Part shown: piece by piece, positions 8,707 through 18,430 of the stretch
How positions within the stretch are numbered: position 1 is the stretch's first letter
Layout: the number at the start of each line of letters is the position of its first letter
NCBI GenBank assembly: GCA_964646435.1
Contig: CAZYEJ010000007.1
Coordinates: 1 to 57,630 of the forward strand
Length of the DNA stretch: 57,630 nucleotides
Direction: 5' to 3'
DNA from: an uncultured Thermodesulfobacteriaceae bacterium
GTDB taxonomy: Bacteria > Desulfobacterota > Dissulfuribacteria > Dissulfuribacterales > UBA3076
Made by a program: the position numbers and the translations under genes
Notes under the pieces: generated by a model
Databases searched by the model: none
What the model was told of the DNA's origin: nothing
What the model saw: the letters and a program-made list of their open reading frames with translations, nothing else

Positions 8707-10193
8707 ACGAACAGTATCCTGCACTCCTTGTCGTTGTCCCGCTCCTGTCGGCCCTTGCCATCAGTGTTGCCGGATGGGTAAACAAAAGATTGTGTTTCCC
8801 TATTGCTGTTGCCGCCCTGGGTGTGTCAGCCTGGTCATCCGTTGGTCTGCTGTTCAGGGTCCTGAATGAAGGTGCTATTGTCTATAAATTAGGTGGATGG
8901 CTGCCGCCTATGGGCATAGCCTATTATATAGATTATCTCAATGGTCTTGTTCTGCCGGTGGTGTCCATAGTTGCCCTCCTTAATTTAATATCAAGCAAAA
9001 AAATTGTTGAGCAACAGTTCCCGGACAAAGCAGGCCCTTTTTATACACTATATGTCCTGATGGTAACCGGTTTATTGGGTATTGTGGTCACTGGAGATGC
9101 CTTTAACCTGTATGTGCTGTTGGAGATTGCGTCACTCACGGGTTACGGGTTGCTTGCCATGGGAGAGGAGCGTGCCCCGCTGGCGACCCTTAATTATCTG
9201 TACATGGGTACGATTGGTGCCTGCTTTTATCTGTTGGGTATTGGATATCTCTATATTGTCACCGGTTCGTTAAATATGGTGGATATTGCCCGGTTATTGC
9301 CACCCCTTTATCAGTCTAAGGCCGTGCTGGCCGCCTTTATCATCTGTATGGTCGGGGTGTGGCTTAAGATGGCCTTTTTCCCCCTTCACGCCTGGTTGCC
9401 CAATGCCTATACATATGCCAACTCTGCGTCAAGCGGTCTGATTGCCCCATTGATGACTAAGGTGATGGTCTATGTGATGATTCGCCTCATCCTGACTGTT
9501 TTTACCCCCGCATTTGTCTTTAGCACTCTGGCCGTAAGTCACTACATCGTCTGGCTTGCCTGTATCGCCATTGTCATAGGCGCCGTTCTTGCCCTGAAAG
9601 AGCGCAATTTAAAGAAGATGTTAACATACATCGTCGTGGCGGAAGTGGGCTATATGGTTGGTGGTGCATGGCTCGGAAACCGTGCCGGATTGACAGGGGC
9701 GGTCCTCCATATTGTAAACGACGCCCTGATGACCCTCTGCGTCTTTCTTGTTGTGGGTAACATAGTTTACAAGGTAAAGGGATATGCCTTCGCAGACCTG
9801 AAAGGGTTGTTTTCCAAGATGCCTTTTACCATGGGGGCCTTTGTGATCGGGGCACTATCCATCATCGGTGTGCCTCCGACGTGCGGTTTTTTCAGCAAGT
9901 GGTATCTCATATTGGGGGCCATTCAGGCGCACCAGTACGGTTTTATGGTCGCATTGCTCTTCAGCAGCCTGATCAATGTAGTGCTCTTTTTCAGGGTCTT
10001 TGAGATCGGCTTTTATGAGCCCTTCAGCGACCATGAGGGGCACGAACATCATCCGGCAGTGATGGCTGAGGCCCCGCTCACCATGCTGGTTCCCCTTTAT
10101 GTAGTTGCTATAAGCCTGATCTTGGTTGGTCTGTATACCGGTGATATCGTAAACCACATAGTCCAGTTTGTCATACCAAAGGGCTTTATGTGA
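8703..10193 (+). CDS. mnhD: Mrp subunit D-type antiporter (NuoM/N-like), copy 1
   Basis: DAFNLYVLLE, KMAFFPLHAWLPNAY, GVPPTCGFFSKW. Confidence 0.88.
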   Translation: MNEQYPALLVVVPLLSALAISVAGWVNKRLCFPIAVAALGVSAWSSVGLLFRVLNEGAIVYKLGGWLPPMGIAYYIDYLNGLVLPVVSIVALLNLISSKKIVEQQFPDKAGPFYTLYVLMVTGLLGIVVTGDAFNLYVLLEIASLTGYGLLAMGEERAPLATLNYLYMGTIGACFYLLGIGYLYIVTGSLNMVDIARLLPPLYQSKAVLAAFIICMVGVWLKMAFFPLHAWLPNAYTYANSASSGLIAPLMTKVMVYVMIRLILTVFTPAFVFSTLAVSHYIVWLACIAIVIGAVLALKERNLKKMLTYIVVAEVGYMVGGAWLGNRAGLTGAVLHIVNDALMTLCVFLVVGNIVYKVKGYAFADLKGLFSKMPFTMGAFVIGALSIIGVPPTCGFFSKWYLILGAIQAHQYGFMVALLFSSLINVVLFFRVFEIGFYEPFSDHEGHEHHPAVMAEAPLTMLVPLYVVAISLILVGLYTGDIVNHIVQFVIPKGFM

Positions 10194-10226
10194 CGGTTTA
10201 TATAATGGAGATAAAATAGGGATAGA

Positions 10227-11711
10227 ATGGAAACGATTACGTCAATAAGGCCCTTGCTTGCTGTCCTGGTCTCTCTCTTGATTATTCCTTTGGTGGTGGT
10301 CTCAAGCAGAAGCCCCAATGTCCGTGAGTCTTGGACTTTTGTGGCGGCTGTTGCAAAGTTTCTGATCGTCCTGTCTATGCTCCCAGTAATCTTAAAGGGG
10401 ACTGAAATAGTATATACGGTAGTTCAGTTCATGCCTGGGGCGGCGATCAAGTTCAGGGTTGATGCCCTGGGAATGCTCTTTGCGCTCGTGTCTTCGTCTC
10501 TCTGGATCATTACATCGGCATACTCGATCGGTTATATGAGAGGGCTGAAAGAGCACGGGCAGACCCGGTATTTTTGCTTCTTTGCCATCTGTCTTTCAGC
10601 TACCATTGGTGCGGCCTTTTCTGCGAACCTCTTAACCCTGTATCTCTTTTACGAGATACTTTCTCTTGCCACCTATCCATTGGTTACACACCATCAGGAT
10701 CTGGAGGCGCGAAGCTCAGGCAGAAAATATCTCCTTTATGTCGTAGGTGCGTCCATCGGTCTTGTTTTGCCGGCCATGCTTATATGTTATAACCTGGCAG
10801 GTACCCTCGAATTCAGCAAAAATGGCATTTTGGCAGGGACTGCCGCATCTCCGTCCCTACTCTTTATCCTTTTGTTCATGTTTGTCTTCGGGTTTGCCAA
10901 GTCAGCGATTATGCCCATGCACTCATGGCTTCCCGCTGCCATGGTGGCACCTACGCCGGTCAGTGCCTTGCTGCACGCAGTAGCTGTTGTGAAGGTGGGT
11001 GTCTTTAGCATCATTCGTATCCTGACCGGGGTCTTTGGGATTCAACTCTTATCCTCATCTCATTTAGGGATAGCAGTATGTTGTGTTGCCGCCTTTACCA
11101 TCCTGGTCGGCTCATTCATTGCCCTTTCCCAGGATGGCCTTAAAAGGCTTCTCGCCTTTTCCACCATCGCCCAGCTCTCTTATATTGTGCTTGGGGTAGC
11201 ACTCCTCTCCCCAAAAGGGATGACTGGCGGCATGCTCCATATTGCAATGCATGCCTTTGGGAAGATCACCCTATTTTTTTGTGCCGGGGCAATCTTTGTA
11301 GCCACGGGTAAAAAGAACATCAGCGAGATGATAGGGATAGGCCGAAGGATGCCGGTGACCATGGCAGCCTTTTTTATCGCTTCGTTGAGTATCATTGGAG
11401 TTCCACCTTGCGGCGGGTTCATAAGCAAATGGTATCTCGCACTAGGGACCCTCCAGGCCCACCAGATAGGCTTCCTGGTAGTCTTGCTCTTTAGTTCGCT
11501 TCTGAATGCCGCATACTTTATACCCATTACCTATAAGGCATTTTTCTGCAGGCCCGAAGATGCCATGTTTGAAAACAAGGTGCAAGAGGCCCCGGCTTTC
11601 TGTGTAGTACCCTTGGTTATCACAGCGACAATTTCCGTGATTTTGCTTTTTTATCCCCAGCCTTTTCTCAGGCTGGCCAGAATGATGGTGCAGAGTATAA
11701 CTGGAGCATAA
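10227..11711 (+). CDS. mnhD: Mrp subunit D-type antiporter, copy 2
   Basis: NLLTLYLFYE, PMHSWLPAAMVAPTPVSALLHA, GVPPCGGFISKW. Confidence 0.85.
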   Translation: METITSIRPLLAVLVSLLIIPLVVVSSRSPNVRESWTFVAAVAKFLIVLSMLPVILKGTEIVYTVVQFMPGAAIKFRVDALGMLFALVSSSLWIITSAYSIGYMRGLKEHGQTRYFCFFAICLSATIGAAFSANLLTLYLFYEILSLATYPLVTHHQDLEARSSGRKYLLYVVGASIGLVLPAMLICYNLAGTLEFSKNGILAGTAASPSLLFILLFMFVFGFAKSAIMPMHSWLPAAMVAPTPVSALLHAVAVVKVGVFSIIRILTGVFGIQLLSSSHLGIAVCCVAAFTILVGSFIALSQDGLKRLLAFSTIAQLSYIVLGVALLSPKGMTGGMLHIAMHAFGKITLFFCAGAIFVATGKKNISEMIGIGRRMPVTMAAFFIASLSIIGVPPCGGFISKWYLALGTLQAHQIGFLVVLLFSSLLNAAYFIPITYKAFFCRPEDAMFENKVQEAPAFCVVPLVITATISVILLFYPQPFLRLARMMVQSITGA

Positions 11712-11713
11712 AC

Positions 11714-11854
11714 ATGACAAATGAGAGGACAGACGAGATAGAAGGCAAGATGGAACTTGGCCATAAGCCCGTTCCGCCTTTTCGAACCGTTTTTTGGGCG
11801 GCTCTCACCATAGGTGTTTTGTATCTGGGACTTATCTTCTTCAAGACGCTTTGA
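11714..11854 (+). CDS. 46-aa single-TM membrane protein inside the mrp operon (absent from ORF track)
   Basis: MTNERTDEIEGKMELGHKPVPPFRTVFWAALTIGVLYLGLIFFKTL*; GGAG RBS; starts 2 bp after the mnhD2 stop. Confidence 0.7.
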   Translation: MTNERTDEIEGKMELGHKPVPPFRTVFWAALTIGVLYLGLIFFKTL

Positions 11855-11907
11855 AAGGATCGTCAGTGGTGCACAGTGATTATTGCTTAGGATATTGAGG
11901 TATTACT

Positions 11908-12168
11908 GTGAAACAAGAGAACAGCGAAGACAAAAAATATCTTTTTGATAAACCTGGAAACATGAAGATACTGGCATGGTCTTTTTTCTTATCGCTCGTT
12001 TTTCTTCTTGTTTTAGAATTCTTTATTCACAAGCATTCTCATTTTCCCTCGGAAGAGTGGCCCGAGTTCTATTGTGTATTTGCCTTTGTCGCCTTCGTAG
12101 CGCTTGTTCTTTCTGCAAAATATATCCTGCGGCCCCTTGTGAAGAGACGAGAGGATTACTATGACTAA
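11908..12168 (+). CDS. Small 2-TM Mrp-associated membrane protein
   Basis: LFDKP...HSHFPSEEWPEFY...LRPLVKRREDYYD; overlaps the next gene; GAGG RBS. Confidence 0.75.
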   Translation: MKQENSEDKKYLFDKPGNMKILAWSFFLSLVFLLVLEFFIHKHSHFPSEEWPEFYCVFAFVAFVALVLSAKYILRPLVKRREDYYD

Positions 12169-13936
12169 CGTCCTGCCGCCAGCGGCCATTTTTATCATCG
12201 GAGGACTGCTGGTTCCTCTGATAAAAGGAAAATGGAAAAGCGCCTACATGTTGCTCATCCCGGTGGTAGGTTTCATAAACCTGATCAATATCCCTGAAGG
12301 AACTCATTGGGTTGTAGGGTTTATGGAATATGATCTTATCTTTGGTAAAGTGGACAGACTGAGCCTCCTGTTCGGTTACATCTTCCATCTCATATCTTTT
12401 GTAGCTATTCTCTATGCCATTCACCTAAAACACAATCTGCAGCATGTGGCTGGGCTGGTTTATGCCGGCAGCGCCCTGGGGGTTGTCTTTGCCGGAGACC
12501 TTTTTTCTTTCTTTGTCTTTTGGGAGATGCTTACCGTAGCTTCCATATTTCTTATCTGGGCCCGCAGGACAAAGGCAGCTCAAGGCGCAGGATACAGATA
12601 TCTCCTGGTTCACGCAGCCGGAGGCCTGTGCCTTCTGGCAGGCATTGCCCTGTATGTGAATCAGACAGGCTCTATTGAGTTTGGGTATATCGGGCTGAAT
12701 GGATTTGCCACCTTATTAATTTTCCTGGGTTTTGGCGTAAATTGCGCCTGGCCTTTTCTCCACCCATGGCTGACGGACGCTTATCCGGAGGCCACGATTA
12801 CCGGGACCATATTCTTGAGCGCTTTTACCACAAAATGTGCTGTCTACGCCCTGGCCAGGGCCTTTCCGGGCACCGAGGCCCTTATCTGGATCGGAGCGAT
12901 TATGACGGCGTTTCCTATCTTCTATGCGGTCATTGAAAACAACCTCAGGCGAGTTTTGTCCTACAGCTTGATCAACCAGGTAGGATTCATGGTATGCGGG
13001 ATCGGCATTGGCACACAAATGGCCATAAATGGCGCTGTTTCCCACGCCGTGAACGATATCCTCTTCAAGGCCCTGCTGTTCATGTCCATGGGTGCGGTGA
13101 TGTATCGTAATGATAATAAAATCAACTGCACCGCCTTGGGCGGACTGTACCGGACCATGCCGCTCACTTGTATCTTTTGTATAATTGGGGCCGCATCCAT
13201 CTCGGCCGTTCCACTTTTCAGCGGTTTTGTCAGTAAGTCAATGGTTATGGATGCGGCTGCTACCGGTCATATGCAGATCATATATTTTATTCTTCTGTTT
13301 GCCTCAGTTGGTGTATTAGAGCATGCAGGTATCAAGATTCCGTTTTTTGCGTTTTTCGGCCATGATTCCGGGCTGAGACCCAAGGAGGCACCCCTCCACA
13401 TGCTTCTTGCCATGGGCATCGCGGCATTTTTCTGCATCTTCAACGGGTCATTTCCCAGCTACTTGTATAGCCTGCTCCCATATCCGGTTGAGTATGTACC
13501 GTATACGATTCCGCATGTAGTAGGTCAGACCCAGCTCATTTTCTTTGCCGCCTTGGCCTTCATATTTCTCACGCTTTCCGGTATGTCTCCCGCCGAGATG
13601 AGGGCTGTCAATGTTGATGCTGACTGGTTTTACCGTAAGGGTGGCGGGCTTTTTTACCGTGTCATGGATATTAGCATGAACGGAATAAACAGAATTGCCG
13701 ACAGGGTCATTGTGGGTGAGTTGACCGGATCTATCTGCCGTATATTCCAACGCTGGCCTGAGGTCCTCTGTCTTGGGGTTATGATTCCCCTATGGAGTGT
13801 CACCGGCACAAGAGGAAAAGACCTCCATGGTAAGATCGAAAGGACTCGATCGGCTTTGCAAACACACACCTCACCGATAGGGATCAGTGCGGCTATGGCT
13901 ACGATCTTTTTAGTGTTAATTTACCTATTGATGTGA
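12161..13936 (+). CDS. Mrp subunit A'/D-type large antiporter subunit (NuoL-like)
   Basis: DLFSFFVFWE, LHPWLTDAYPEA, FLSAFTTK, PLFSGFVSK, DADWFYRK. Confidence 0.85.
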   Translation: MTNVLPPAAIFIIGGLLVPLIKGKWKSAYMLLIPVVGFINLINIPEGTHWVVGFMEYDLIFGKVDRLSLLFGYIFHLISFVAILYAIHLKHNLQHVAGLVYAGSALGVVFAGDLFSFFVFWEMLTVASIFLIWARRTKAAQGAGYRYLLVHAAGGLCLLAGIALYVNQTGSIEFGYIGLNGFATLLIFLGFGVNCAWPFLHPWLTDAYPEATITGTIFLSAFTTKCAVYALARAFPGTEALIWIGAIMTAFPIFYAVIENNLRRVLSYSLINQVGFMVCGIGIGTQMAINGAVSHAVNDILFKALLFMSMGAVMYRNDNKINCTALGGLYRTMPLTCIFCIIGAASISAVPLFSGFVSKSMVMDAAATGHMQIIYFILLFASVGVLEHAGIKIPFFAFFGHDSGLRPKEAPLHMLLAMGIAAFFCIFNGSFPSYLYSLLPYPVEYVPYTIPHVVGQTQLIFFAALAFIFLTLSGMSPAEMRAVNVDADWFYRKGGGLFYRVMDISMNGINRIADRVIVGELTGSICRIFQRWPEVLCLGVMIPLWSVTGTRGKDLHGKIERTRSALQTHTSPIGISAAMATIFLVLIYLLM

Positions 13937-13956
13937 TATAAATATAAAAATAATCA

Positions 13957-14508
13957 TTGAACCCTGAACCCGTGAACGGTTACAAAACCATCAAAGATGC
14001 GGGCACGGAGAGGAGAAATAAATATTTGGCTTCTATAGAACATCTGAAAAGAATTCGACTCTTTGAAGATTTGACCGACGGCATGCTGGAAAAGATACTT
14101 CCCCTGGCTCAAGAGCAGTCGTTTGCGGAAAGGGAAATTATTTTCGAACCAGGTAGTGAGGCCTCCCATTTTTACTCACTGACCACAGGTAAGGCATTAC
14201 TCCAGACAGAGCTTGCTCCAGCCCTAATTATTTCACTCGGGGCCATCAAGCCGGGATACTCATTCGGCTGGCCTGCCCTTCTTCCTGGGCCCGTCCATAC
14301 CTCCCTTGCTGTTTGTATGGAACCAAGCGAAATCCTGGTCATGCCTGGAAACGAATTTAAGGCCCTTCTCGATCAAGACCACACCATGGGATTCCTGGTT
14401 ATGCAAAAGACTGCCACGATCCTTGAGAACCGCTTGGAACGTCGTACAACACAGTTTGTCAAGGTAATAACTAAACACCCCGATATAGCAACGCTTTTGG
14501 GTCTGTAA
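13957..14508 (+). CDS. Cyclic nucleotide-binding domain protein (Crp-like, no HTH)
   Basis: LKRIRLFEDL, IIFEPG...FY, PGYSFGWPAL; start uncertain. Confidence 0.8.
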   Translation: MNPEPVNGYKTIKDAGTERRNKYLASIEHLKRIRLFEDLTDGMLEKILPLAQEQSFAEREIIFEPGSEASHFYSLTTGKALLQTELAPALIISLGAIKPGYSFGWPALLPGPVHTSLAVCMEPSEILVMPGNEFKALLDQDHTMGFLVMQKTATILENRLERRTTQFVKVITKHPDIATLLGL

Positions 14509-14532
14509 GGGGAAGATGTATTTCCAGACGCT

Positions 14533-16059
14533 TTAGTCTTCATGTGAGCGAGGCTCAGAAGGCAGCCTGATGACAAAGGTTGTTCCTTTCCCAAGTTCAG
14601 AGTCTACACTTATGGTTCCGCCGTGTTCTTTGACTATCTTCTGGGTAATCAGCAGGCCGAGGCCCGTACCTCTTGACCCCTTGGTGCTGAATAGCGAACT
14701 AAAGATTTGCTTTCTTACGGCCTCATCCATACCACAACCATTGTCAGAGACCTGAAGAATAAACGCTTTATCACTTTCGCGCTTTGTAGTCACCCGTACC
14801 AGGTGTTCCTTGCCCTCTTCTTCATCAAATATAGCGGCATCAATGGCATTGGAAACCAGGTTAAGCAGACAATGATGAATTCCTTTGGGGTCTAAAGATA
14901 CATCGCCTACAGTTGGATCAAGATCTCTAACAATCTCTACTCCGGATTCTTTTGCCTTGAGATCCATTAGCTTGCATACCTCTTCCGCAATTTTATTCGG
15001 GGAGCACTTTTCATATTCAGGCTCACGTTCCTTGGAGTAGTTGAGGAGATCCATAGCCAGGCCGGAGACCCTGTCAATATTCCTTCGCACCATGTCCCAG
15101 CCAATGCGAAGGCTATTCATATCCTCCTTCTTAAGTGCGTTGTCTACTATATAGACCCCTCCCTGCAGACCACCCAAGATGTTTTTGATACCGTGGGCAA
15201 GTCCGGCCGCAGTTTCTCCAGTGGCAGCCAATCTTTCGGATTTGATCAATTCCTGCTGTAACTGCTTGATTTCCCTCAGATCGTGGAGAAAACCCACACT
15301 GCCAATAACCTCACCATCTTGATACAGAACAATTCCCGAAAATTTAACCGGTATCTTGTCACCGTCTTTTCCCAAAACGAAGGTCTCTCGCCAAACATGC
15401 ATTTCTTGTCTTTCTCGTTCTTTGCCATGCAGACCTTGCATGATTTCTTCGGCTGTCTCTGGTGGATAGAGACTCCTTATATCAATCTTCCCTATTACTT
15501 CATCCTTAGAATATCCAAATATTTTCTCATCCCCTCGATTAAAAATCATTATTTTTCCCTGCTTATCAGTGCCGACTATACCGTCGAGGGAACGCTGAAT
15601 CAGATTGTCTTCAAACTCATACCTCTGCCTTATCTCCTCTGTGGCTTGCTTAACCTTATCTTCCAGATTGTCGGTATATTCCTTGAGCATCCTCCTTAAA
15701 TGAAGCCTTTCCTTGGCCCGTTTTAGGGCAACTGTCAGGGCTTCGTCCACAATAGGCTTGGTGACAAAATCAGAGGCCTCAAGTTGCAGAGACTGGATAG
15801 CCACGTCCATATCGCCGTGCCCGGTAACCACTATCACCTCGGTTTCAGGACTTATTTCCTTAATCCTTTTCAATACCTCGATGCCATCCATGCCTGGCAT
15901 CTTTACATCAGTTAAGACAATTGGGGGATCTTCTTTCTCAAAAATCTCCAGGCCGCTTTTGCCATCCTCTGCGGTCAGCACCTCGTAGCCATCAGCTCTC
16001 AGCGACATTCCAACAATCTTCCTTGCCGGCTCTTCATCATCAATAAGTAAAAGCTTCAA
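14533..16059 (-). CDS. Hybrid histidine kinase REC-PAS-HisKA-HATPase
   Basis: LLIDDE...TDVKMPGMDG; PAS; AHGIKNIL; NLVSNA, DNGCG, GTGLGL. Confidence 0.92.
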   Translation of the reverse strand: MKLLLIDDEEPARKIVGMSLRADGYEVLTAEDGKSGLEIFEKEDPPIVLTDVKMPGMDGIEVLKRIKEISPETEVIVVTGHGDMDVAIQSLQLEASDFVTKPIVDEALTVALKRAKERLHLRRMLKEYTDNLEDKVKQATEEIRQRYEFEDNLIQRSLDGIVGTDKQGKIMIFNRGDEKIFGYSKDEVIGKIDIRSLYPPETAEEIMQGLHGKERERQEMHVWRETFVLGKDGDKIPVKFSGIVLYQDGEVIGSVGFLHDLREIKQLQQELIKSERLAATGETAAGLAHGIKNILGGLQGGVYIVDNALKKEDMNSLRIGWDMVRRNIDRVSGLAMDLLNYSKEREPEYEKCSPNKIAEEVCKLMDLKAKESGVEIVRDLDPTVGDVSLDPKGIHHCLLNLVSNAIDAAIFDEEEGKEHLVRVTTKRESDKAFILQVSDNGCGMDEAVRKQIFSSLFSTKGSRGTGLGLLITQKIVKEHGGTISVDSELGKGTTFVIRLPSEPRSHED

Positions 16060-16087
16060 TAGATTGCCCCTATTGTTAGAATATTAT

Positions 16088-17782
16088 TTAAGCGTCTGGA
16101 CATGGAAGAAATTTCAACAGAAATGTTGTACCAGTCCCTACCTCAGTCTTTACATCTACAGTTCCACCATAATCCTTGACAATTCCATAGCTGATGGACA
16201 GGCCTAATCCCGTTCCAATACCTACTTTTTTAGTGGTAAAGAATGGTTCAAATATCTTATCCAACACATGTTCGGGGATACCATTTCCTGTATCAGACAC
16301 AGAAATTGCGGCCCGTCCTCTGTCTGAAAATGACTTTATTGTCACTTTACCACCTGATTCGCCTTTTTCCTCAATGGCTTGCCGGGCATTTACAACCAGG
16401 TTCAAAAGGACTTGCTCCAACTTATTACTATCTGCCATTATATGGGGTAGGTTATCATCCAGGTCCAAATCTATCTCTATATCACGTACCTTGAACTGTT
16501 GTCCCAATATCCCAAAAATATTTCTGATAGGCACATTCACATCAAGCTCTGCTGTCTTGACACCAATCCTTGAAAAGTCCCGCATATGATTGATGATTGC
16601 CGATGCCCTATCTACCTGACCAACGATTTCTTCAGTCACAGTTTTTAATTCTTCATCCTCAATCTTTTGGCCCTTTTTGATCATCTTTGACAGAAACGTA
16701 GCGCCCATTCTAATAACACTTAACGGTTGATTTAACTCGTGGGCTACGCCTGATGCCATCTCACCCAAGGTGGACATCTTACTGGCCTGGACTAACTGGG
16801 TCCTTTTTTCTAATTTCCTTATCTCTCTTTCAGAAATATCCAGTTTAGAGACCATATGTTTAAAGGAATCTGCCAACTGGACCGTCTCGTCACCCACATG
16901 GGTTTTATACACTTTGCATTCACGACACTCATCCAGCTTTTCTGGAAAGCTTCCTGATGGCTGGCCAAAACAGAGTGTTCCGTCCATGTACCAGCACATT
17001 GTCGTAGTATTTCCATAAGCAGGGCAGTCAGTTTTTGTGCATTTTTCTATCTCCCAGCATTTGACCTCTCTGCCAAAATCAAGGTCTGTTTTCCCACGGC
17101 TGATTTCATCGGATAATCGCGTAAGTTTGGAGAGTGGCCTGGTAACGAATTTGGATAAGAAAATGAATAAGAAAACACCCACAATTACGACGGAAGCCAG
17201 GCCCCAGGCAATCTCTCTATTCCTGACTTCTGCTATTCGCTTCTCTACCGGACCCCAGCTAATTCCTACGGTTAAAATCCCCAATATTTCATTTTCCTTT
17301 CCATGGCATTTATAGCAGGTTTTCTCATTCGGGATAGGCATGGCATGGAGAAGTATCTTTTCTCCCTCCTGCACCTCCAGGACCTTTGCCAGGAAACCGG
17401 TGTCTAATGCCTCTTCAGTAGCATGTGAATCATCAAGCCTTTTTACATTGGCCGGTAATCCACTGTATTTGATAGTGCCTGTAAGATCGCAAAGATTTAC
17501 GACTCTCACATCCTTTAATTTATACAAGCTTTCCAGGATGGCCTGCGCGGCCTCCATGTCTCCGTCGAGCATGGGGTATTCAATACTTCTCATTACCGTG
17601 TCACTGATCTCATATGCCCGCTCCTCCTGCTTTCCAAAATGATACTTTATTCGCGTAACCATGTCATAGTAAGTAAGGATGCCAATTACTATGATTAAAA
17701 ACGCACTCATACCTATTATTACCTTTTCCGTGACACTGGTTATGTGGAGCCTTACCCATAATCTATCCAAAAGAGGTGTCAT
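16088..17782 (-). CDS. Membrane sensor kinase: periplasmic heme-c (CYKCH) domain, HAMP with inserted 7-Cys CW domain, HisKA-HATPase
   Basis: Two TM helices; CYKCH; CW...CPAY...CW...C..CxxC; AHELNQPL; DTGNG; GTGLGL. Confidence 0.9.
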   Translation of the reverse strand: MTPLLDRLWVRLHITSVTEKVIIGMSAFLIIVIGILTYYDMVTRIKYHFGKQEERAYEISDTVMRSIEYPMLDGDMEAAQAILESLYKLKDVRVVNLCDLTGTIKYSGLPANVKRLDDSHATEEALDTGFLAKVLEVQEGEKILLHAMPIPNEKTCYKCHGKENEILGILTVGISWGPVEKRIAEVRNREIAWGLASVVIVGVFLFIFLSKFVTRPLSKLTRLSDEISRGKTDLDFGREVKCWEIEKCTKTDCPAYGNTTTMCWYMDGTLCFGQPSGSFPEKLDECRECKVYKTHVGDETVQLADSFKHMVSKLDISEREIRKLEKRTQLVQASKMSTLGEMASGVAHELNQPLSVIRMGATFLSKMIKKGQKIEDEELKTVTEEIVGQVDRASAIINHMRDFSRIGVKTAELDVNVPIRNIFGILGQQFKVRDIEIDLDLDDNLPHIMADSNKLEQVLLNLVVNARQAIEEKGESGGKVTIKSFSDRGRAAISVSDTGNGIPEHVLDKIFEPFFTTKKVGIGTGLGLSISYGIVKDYGGTVDVKTEVGTGTTFLLKFLPCPDA

Positions 17783-17842
17783 TTTACCTGTTCCTCAGTC
17801 TCTCCTAAGCTCATACTAATGATGGCGTATAAGTGCGGTGGT

Positions 17843-18283
17843 TTAATACCCCGGATGCCTGTGCCCGCTGTGACAGCTTGTACATATATTCTTTGGAATG
17901 CTTAATGTCTTTTGATGTTCCAGCCTGGTCGGGGCCTTGAGATGTAAGCTGGCCGGACCATGGCAACTTTCACACTGTTTATTGACCATCCGCGGGGTTT
18001 TTTCCACGCTGACAAATCCTCCCGTTTTCCCAAAACCGGTCGTATGGCAAGGCAGACAGCCTGGGTCATGATCTTTTTTCCTCATCTGTATGACCCGAAA
18101 ATTTCTTGAGTATTTCCAGGAAAGATAGCTATCCACATGCTCTGGATGGCATTCTTTGCACTTGTCCATTCCAACATAGGTGGCCTTCTCTTTTTCAGCA
18201 CAAAGATATGGTGTGCTAAAAACAAAGAAATATAAAGCAAAAAGCCCGGTGGCCATGGTGATAGATAGTTTTTTCATTTTCAT
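17843..18283 (-). CDS. Periplasmic tetraheme cytochrome c (c554-like)
   Basis: Signal peptide, YVG, CKECH, CLPCHTTG, CESCHGP, CTSCH; AGGAG RBS before ATG 18283. Confidence 0.9.
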   Translation of the reverse strand: MKMKKLSITMATGLFALYFFVFSTPYLCAEKEKATYVGMDKCKECHPEHVDSYLSWKYSRNFRVIQMRKKDHDPGCLPCHTTGFGKTGGFVSVEKTPRMVNKQCESCHGPASLHLKAPTRLEHQKTLSIPKNICTSCHSGHRHPGY

Positions 18284-18430
18284 CTTCAAGCTCCTTTGAC
18301 CGGATTCCAAATCGAAAATCCGGAAAAATAGAATTTTATCCTAGCGCGAAGCATGATGGATAAAATAGTGTTGGACCGAGTAGTGACCTGCGTCCGTTTT
18401 GCGAACCCTATTAATATGATATTAATATAA

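Noticed and set aside
5958-13936. Complex I (nuo) or energy-converting hydrogenase operon
   Set aside because: MnhE/F/G/B/C signatures are present and there are no Fe-S, NuoH or NiFe subunits
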